Below, one piece after another: positions 59,469-64,000 of a DNA stretch of 64,000 nt (within the stretch, counting starts at the first letter, position 1; each line of letters begins with the position of its first letter). Both the position numbers and the translations under genes were made by a program. Under the pieces are notes generated by a model. It was not told the DNA's origin. It saw nothing but the letters and a program-made list of their open reading frames with translations, and searched no databases. The DNA is taken from positions 4,320,001 through 4,384,000 of the forward strand of contig OY969474.1 in NCBI GenBank assembly GCA_963700145.1. The letters run 5' to 3'. The DNA comes from an uncultured Acidobacteriota bacterium. Its GTDB lineage: Bacteria > Acidobacteriota > Thermoanaerobaculia > Multivoradales > UBA5704.

Positions 59469-59657
59469 TCAGCCGGTCTGGGTGCTCCCGCCGACGATCG
59501 AGTCGGCGGGCGGGTCGTTGGCGCCGGAGAGCGTGAGCTCGCGCAGGCTGCCGTAGATCACCAGCTCCGGCGGCAGGTACGGCTTGCGCGGTCGTCCACC
59601 GGCTGCCGTGCGCGCCGCGGTCTCGTCCCTGGGGTGCCGATCGTCGGGTGCGGTCAT
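59469..59657 (-). CDS. Lasso-type RiPP precursor peptide (62 aa)
   Basis: MTAPDDRHPRDETAARTAAGGRPRKPYLPPELVIYGSLRELTL-SGANDPPADSIVGGSTQTG; YxxPxL..G....T(-2) leader motif; Asp at core position 9; ATGA overlap with the upstream cyclase. Confidence 0.88.
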   Translation of the reverse strand: MTAPDDRHPRDETAARTAAGGRPRKPYLPPELVIYGSLRELTLSGANDPPADSIVGGSTQTG

Positions 59658-61453
59658 CGCGGGATCTCGGAGGAAGAGGCCAGCCTGCCGCTCGCCAGCA
59701 GCCAGCCTTCGGCGGTGAGGAGTTGCCAGAGCCGCGGCGGGAGGGTCTCCGGCGATGCGCTCTGGCGATAGTCGGCGAGGAGCCGGGCGCCGTCGACCAG
59801 GCCGAGCTCCGCGAGGCGCGAGCCGGTGAGGAGCCGCTCGACGGTCGGCCGGGCGCCGGCGAGCAAGCCGCGCGTCCGCAGCGTCGAGCGGCCGCGGCGC
59901 TTCGCCGCCCTGGCGGCGAGGATCGGGGCCGGCAGCTGCCCCGCCATCGCCGCCCGCAGCAGCGGCTTGGCGGGGTGCGCCGCCGCCAGCGCGCGGTCGG
60001 GCAGGGCGAGCACCAGCGCGGCGAGCTCGGGGTCGTGCCAGGGGGCCTCGATGCGCACCCCGCAGCGCCGGCTCAGGCGATCGAAGCGCTCGAGGGCGGC
60101 GGTGTTCGCCGGGCTGGCGAGGGCCGTGCGGCGGAAGCGGTCGCGCGAGGCGAAGACCCGCCAGGAGGCGGCCGGGCGGTCGAAGCCGGCCTCCGCCGCC
60201 AGCCGCCTGCCGGCCGGCGTCAGCCAGTCGGGCCAGCGCGGCCGCCGCACCAGCGTGCGGACCTCGCGCAGCAGCCCCGCGTGGCGCGGTCCGACCTTGC
60301 GCCAGCGGCGCCAGAGCGCGTCGAAGCGGCCGCGTAGGAGGAGCGCCAGCTCCGGCGCCAGCCAGCCGGCCACCGGGTCGCCGCCGATGCCGTTCATCAG
60401 CACGCTGACCCCTTCCTGCCGGGCGGCCTCGAGCGTCGCCAGCAGGAGGTCGGGGAAGGCGTTGGTCTCGGGGTCGCTGGGGTCGGCGTAGGCCTCCGGG
60501 TAGCGGCTGAGCGGCCAGAGCGCGTCCGCCTCGACGGCGTGCTCGACCATGTTGGCGCGGCTGCGGACGAGGGTGCGGCTGAGCGGCGTCTCGTCGATGC
60601 CGTCGCCGCTCGGCGAGGTCCAGGTGAAGGCATAGAGCCGCCGCCCGCGCCGCTCCAGGGCGCCGGCCGCCTGCGCCGCGACGCTCGTCGAATCGAGACC
60701 GCCGGAGAGGAGCACGCCGGTCTCGCCCTGCCGGGCCAGCCGGCGCTCCACGGCCTCGCCGAGCCGGCGGGCGAGCTCCGGCGCCGCGTCCGCGCCGTTC
60801 CAGCTCGCGGCCTCGACGGTCGTCCAGTCCCAGTAGCGGTCGAGCTCGATCCCCTCCGCGGTCACTTTCACCTGGCAGCCCTCGGGGACCCGGTGCACCT
60901 GCGCGAAGTAGCTCCAGGTGGGCTCGGCCGGCGCGCCGAGGAGGTAGGCGAGGAGGCGCGCCCGGTGCGGCTCGCCGCCGATCCGGCCGGAGGCGACCAG
61001 CTGCGCCGGCTCGGAGGCGAACAGGAAGCCCTCGCCGGTGTCGCACCAGTAGAGGCCGCGCTCGCCGCTGCGGTCGCGCAGCAGCAGGAGCTTGCGCGCC
61101 GCCCGATCGTAGAGGGCGGCGGCGTAGGCGCCGCGCAGGTGGCGGTGCCACCGCTCGCCCCAGCGCCCGTAGGCCGCGGCCATCAGGCGCTCGTCGCTCG
61201 TCGTCGCGTCGAGAGCGAGGGCGCGGAGGAGCTCGTCGCGGTTGTCGAGGCGGGCGTCGGCGGCGAGGAGGACCGCTCCGGGGCCGCGCCCGGCGGTCGG
61301 GCCGGCCGGCGCGAGCGTAGCGAAGGCCGCGCCCTCCGCCGTCTCCGTCCGCACCGCCGACCGGTCCATGCGGTCCAGCCCCATCATGCGGTCGAGCACC
61401 GCGGCGGCGACCGGCGCCCCCGCGAAGCTGACCAGGCCGCAGAGGGCGCTCAA
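59654..61453 (-). CDS. Asparagine-synthetase-like lasso cyclase homolog (upstream copy)
   Basis: DARLDNRDEL, RDRSGER.LY, FLFASE, LLSGGLDSTSV and GIGGD. Start taken as TTG 61453 (MSALCG); the track uses ATG 61495. Confidence 0.88.
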   Translation of the reverse strand: MSALCGLVSFAGAPVAAAVLDRMMGLDRMDRSAVRTETAEGAAFATLAPAGPTAGRGPGAVLLAADARLDNRDELLRALALDATTSDERLMAAAYGRWGERWHRHLRGAYAAALYDRAARKLLLLRDRSGERGLYWCDTGEGFLFASEPAQLVASGRIGGEPHRARLLAYLLGAPAEPTWSYFAQVHRVPEGCQVKVTAEGIELDRYWDWTTVEAASWNGADAAPELARRLGEAVERRLARQGETGVLLSGGLDSTSVAAQAAGALERRGRRLYAFTWTSPSGDGIDETPLSRTLVRSRANMVEHAVEADALWPLSRYPEAYADPSDPETNAFPDLLLATLEAARQEGVSVLMNGIGGDPVAGWLAPELALLLRGRFDALWRRWRKVGPRHAGLLREVRTLVRRPRWPDWLTPAGRRLAAEAGFDRPAASWRVFASRDRFRRTALASPANTAALERFDRLSRRCGVRIEAPWHDPELAALVLALPDRALAAAHPAKPLLRAAMAGQLPAPILAARAAKRRGRSTLRTRGLLAGARPTVERLLTGSRLAELGLVDGARLLADYRQSASPETLPPRLWQLLTAEGWLLASGRLASSSEIPR

Positions 61454-61463
61454 CCGGGGGCGG

Positions 61464-63482
61464 TCACCCTCGAGACGGAGCGCAGAGCTGGCCATTGTTG
61501 TACCTGTCGAGTGTCGTCGCCAGCGGTCCGCCGATCGCCCACGCCGCGCTGCTCGCCTTGACGTTGGCGCCCACCGGCCCGTAGGTCGCCATCCACAGGT
61601 CGGCCGCCGCGATCGTGCCGTTAATGCAGCTCGCGTCGTTGCCGGCGAGGACGTTGAGCTTGGCCGCGACGAGCTGCTCGAACATGTTGTAGGTCTTGTC
61701 GGTCTTGGTGGCCCTCTTCATCAGGGCGATCGCCTGCGCCTTGGTGTAGGTGACGCCGCCGATGGTGATCGTCTGGACCGGCCAGGCCTCCGGGTGGTTC
61801 TTCCAGTAGCCGGGGGTGCCCGTGCCCGGGCCCGCGGTGCGCCGGTAGCCGAAGTCGTAGGTGAGGACGTTCTCGTCGTCCAGGCTGTCGGTCTGCGTCT
61901 CGCCGCCGGTCGTCGAAGTCATTCCCGCCAGAGCGCCGCCGGGCGCGAAGTTGCTGGCGGCGACGCGCACGATGTAGGTGCCCGGCTCGTCGGTGCCGAA
62001 GCAGTAGAGCCCCTGCTCGTCGAGGCCGGTGTTGGCGGCCACGCAGGCGGCCCAGTTAGGCGACGAGGAGTCGCCGGTCGTCACCGTCTCGACGGGGGGC
62101 GAGCCGATGTCGGTCAGCAGCTCGAGCACCACGCCGGCGATCCCGCTCTCGCCGGGGTCCTGGATGCCGTCGCCGTCCGTGTCGAGCCAGACCGTGTCGC
62201 CGAGCAACAGGGGATCCGGCTCCGGGCAGAAGGCGGCGCCGTCGCCGGTCGTCGAGCAGGTGTCCGCGAACCAGAAGTTGAGGTTCGACATGTCGAGCCC
62301 GTAGATCCGCACCCTCCAGGTGCCGGCCGGCAGCGCCACGTCGTTGACGACGTAGTCCGCGTTGTTGGGGTCGGGGGCCGACAGCGTCGAGATCCGGAAC
62401 TGCTCCCACTCCATGTTGCCGGAGGGGTTGTCGTCGCGGTAGATCACCCCGTTCGGGTCGATCACCTCGTAGCGCACGCACCCCACCCGTCCCGGGTCCC
62501 CCGGCTCGCCGCGCCGGAAGATGTCGAAGGTCGAGTCGTCCGGCGGGTTGGGCGGCAGCAGGCCGCCCTCGGGGGTGACGCCCGTGGTGTCGAACGGGAA
62601 ACCGGCGTAGCTCGCCGGCGTGTCCGGGTCGTCGAGGTCGGCGCAGGGAGCGAGGACCGTCCCCGAGGGGGCGCCGACCAGGCCGGTGGTGCCGTGGTCG
62701 AAGTCGCCGTTGAAGAGCTTCAGCTCGGGCACGTCGCCGGGCAGGAGGAAGGTGAAGGTGAAGGTGCCGTCGTAGGTGGTCGGCGCGTTGACGAAGTCGA
62801 GGCCCGGCGGCGGGAACGTCGGCCCCGGATAGATGATCGGGCCGTCGTTGGCGAAGACGCGCAGGCCGGCCTCCAGCCCGAAGGCCGGGATGAGGAAGGA
62901 CATCGGGCTGGTCGAGGCCACCTTGATGTTGCTGGCCAGCACCTCGCCGGCGCCGCAGGCGCCGTCCGACCCGATCGTCAGGTTGTAGAAGTAGTTGCCG
63001 CTCGGCGCCTGGGCCGCCGGCGAGGTGGCGACGGTGACGCCCCACCAGGCGTTGTCGAGCATGCTGGCGCCGGTGGCCGTCCACAGCGGACCGCTCGTCG
63101 GGTTGGGGTCGTTGCCCGTCCAGGCGCCGATCAGGTCCGCCGGCGCCGTGCTCCCTTCGCGCAGCGGGTCGGCGTACAGGCGGTAGACGAGCTGCCGCGT
63201 GCCGACATCCCAGTGGGCCTTGCCGCCGCCGTCGGTCTTGCCGGTCTCGCCGTCGAAGAAGCTGAGCGTGAACGAGGTCTGGCCGGCGGGCGCGGCGAGA
63301 CCGATCGAGAGCCCGAGCTCGAAGGTCGCGGTCCCCGGGCAGCCGAAGGCGAGGAAGCGGCCGTCGGTCGCGTCCTGGGTGGGGAACGAGGAGAACGGCC
63401 CGGGGCCGATCTGCGCCGCCGCCGAGCCGGCGGCGAGGAGCAACAGGGTCGAGAGAAGGACGGTCCGGCGGAGGGGGCTCAT
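61464..63482 (-). CDS. Secreted protein with an SdrD B-like domain and a C-terminal TPGYWKNH domain
   Basis: Signal peptide; LGDTVWLDTDGDGIQDPGESGIAGVVLEL...YDFGY; GTGTPGYWKNHPEAWP. Confidence 0.85.
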   Translation of the reverse strand: MSPLRRTVLLSTLLLLAAGSAAAQIGPGPFSSFPTQDATDGRFLAFGCPGTATFELGLSIGLAAPAGQTSFTLSFFDGETGKTDGGGKAHWDVGTRQLVYRLYADPLREGSTAPADLIGAWTGNDPNPTSGPLWTATGASMLDNAWWGVTVATSPAAQAPSGNYFYNLTIGSDGACGAGEVLASNIKVASTSPMSFLIPAFGLEAGLRVFANDGPIIYPGPTFPPPGLDFVNAPTTYDGTFTFTFLLPGDVPELKLFNGDFDHGTTGLVGAPSGTVLAPCADLDDPDTPASYAGFPFDTTGVTPEGGLLPPNPPDDSTFDIFRRGEPGDPGRVGCVRYEVIDPNGVIYRDDNPSGNMEWEQFRISTLSAPDPNNADYVVNDVALPAGTWRVRIYGLDMSNLNFWFADTCSTTGDGAAFCPEPDPLLLGDTVWLDTDGDGIQDPGESGIAGVVLELLTDIGSPPVETVTTGDSSSPNWAACVAANTGLDEQGLYCFGTDEPGTYIVRVAASNFAPGGALAGMTSTTGGETQTDSLDDENVLTYDFGYRRTAGPGTGTPGYWKNHPEAWPVQTITIGGVTYTKAQAIALMKRATKTDKTYNMFEQLVAAKLNVLAGNDASCINGTIAAADLWMATYGPVGANVKASSAAWAIGGPLATTLDRYNNGQLCAPSRG

Positions 63483-63652
63483 CGTTGTGTCCCTTCTTTG
63501 GGGGAGACCTCTCAGTGTGGTCATCCTTCGTCAGGAGATCGTCAGCGTCGGCTCGCCAATCGGCCGCGATGGGGTTATCCTGGAAGGGCGACGCGAGGCG
63601 TCGAGTGAAACATGTGCAAACTGCTCTGTGTGTACGAGTTGGAGAGCTGCGC

Positions 63653-64000
63653 GTGAGCGCGCTCCGCGTCCGTCTGCTCGGCGGCTTCGAGGTCTGGCAT
63701 GGCGAGCGCCTGGTCGCCGGGTTCGAGTCACAAAAAGCCCGTGCGCTTCTCGCCTATTTGATTTCACAGCGCGGTCGGTCGTTCAGCCGCGACCACCTGG
63801 CCGCCCTGCTCTGGCCGGAGAGCGGTCCGGAGGCGGCGCGCCACGCTCTGCGCCAGGCGGTCTACAGCCTGCGCTCGCTGCTCCCCGCCGGCGAGGCGGC
63901 GCCGCCGCTCCTCGCCGACCACCGCGAGGTCCGCTTCAACCCCGCCGGCGAGCACTGGCTCGACGTCGCCGCCTTCGAGGAGGCGCTGCGCCGCGGCGGC
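63653..64000 (+). CDS. SARP/AfsR-like (OmpR-type wHTH + BTAD) transcriptional regulator, truncated by the window edge
   Basis: Not in the ORF track. Manual translation: VSALRVRLLGGFEV...SQKARALLAYL...SRDHLAALLWPE...ARHALRQAVYSLR...WLDVAAFE; GGAG SD. Confidence 0.9.
   Translation, partial: MSALRVRLLGGFEVWHGERLVAGFESQKARALLAYLISQRGRSFSRDHLAALLWPESGPEAARHALRQAVYSLRSLLPAGEAAPPLLADHREVRFNPAGEHWLDVAAFEEALRRGG

Noticed and set aside
59469-61151. 560-aa ORF ending in the precursor sequence
   Set aside because: The first ~500 aa are Arg/Pro-rich off-frame translation of the cyclase gene; only the last 62 aa from ATG 59657 are credible.
57765-61453. Housekeeping glutamine-dependent asparagine synthetases (asnB)
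   Set aside because: Neither has the N-terminal catalytic Cys at position 2, and they flank a peptide with a lasso leader motif.
63764-63955. 63-aa minus-strand ORF in the track
   Set aside because: Antisense to a clear SARP/BTAD regulator starting at 63653 on the plus strand.

Overview
Very GC-rich bacterial DNA. The gene content resembles Acidobacteriota, possibly class Thermoanaerobaculia; this is an inference, not a measurement. In order, the window holds: (1) a partial HldE-like sugar kinase, then a MidA/NDUFAF7-family methyltransferase directly in front of an 11-subunit complex I operon (nuoABCDHIJKLMN, no nuoEFG); (2) an ECF sigma factor, a zinc anti-sigma factor and a thioredoxin-fold protein lacking active-site cysteines, then an M23 peptidase and an HddA-like GHMP kinase; (3) an XRE regulator, a TPR protein and a secreted protein with three LRAHIIGGG repeats, transcribed divergently from (4) a ~35 kb cell-surface locus in which wzm and wzt are split by three near-identical secreted paralogs (candidate S-layer proteins) and a large PKD protein, followed by many glycosyltransferases and glycan-tailoring enzymes; (5) PEGA, Ogt, small basic and outer-membrane barrel genes; and (6) an unusual lasso-peptide-like RiPP operon: a secreted SdrD-B protein, two asparagine-synthetase-like cyclases flanking a 62-aa precursor, and an HPr-kinase-like protein, with no RRE (B1) or leader peptidase (B2) gene, next to a divergent SARP/BTAD regulator. 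No rRNA, tRNA, CRISPR array or transposase was recognised. All family calls come from motif recognition by eye; no database search was run.
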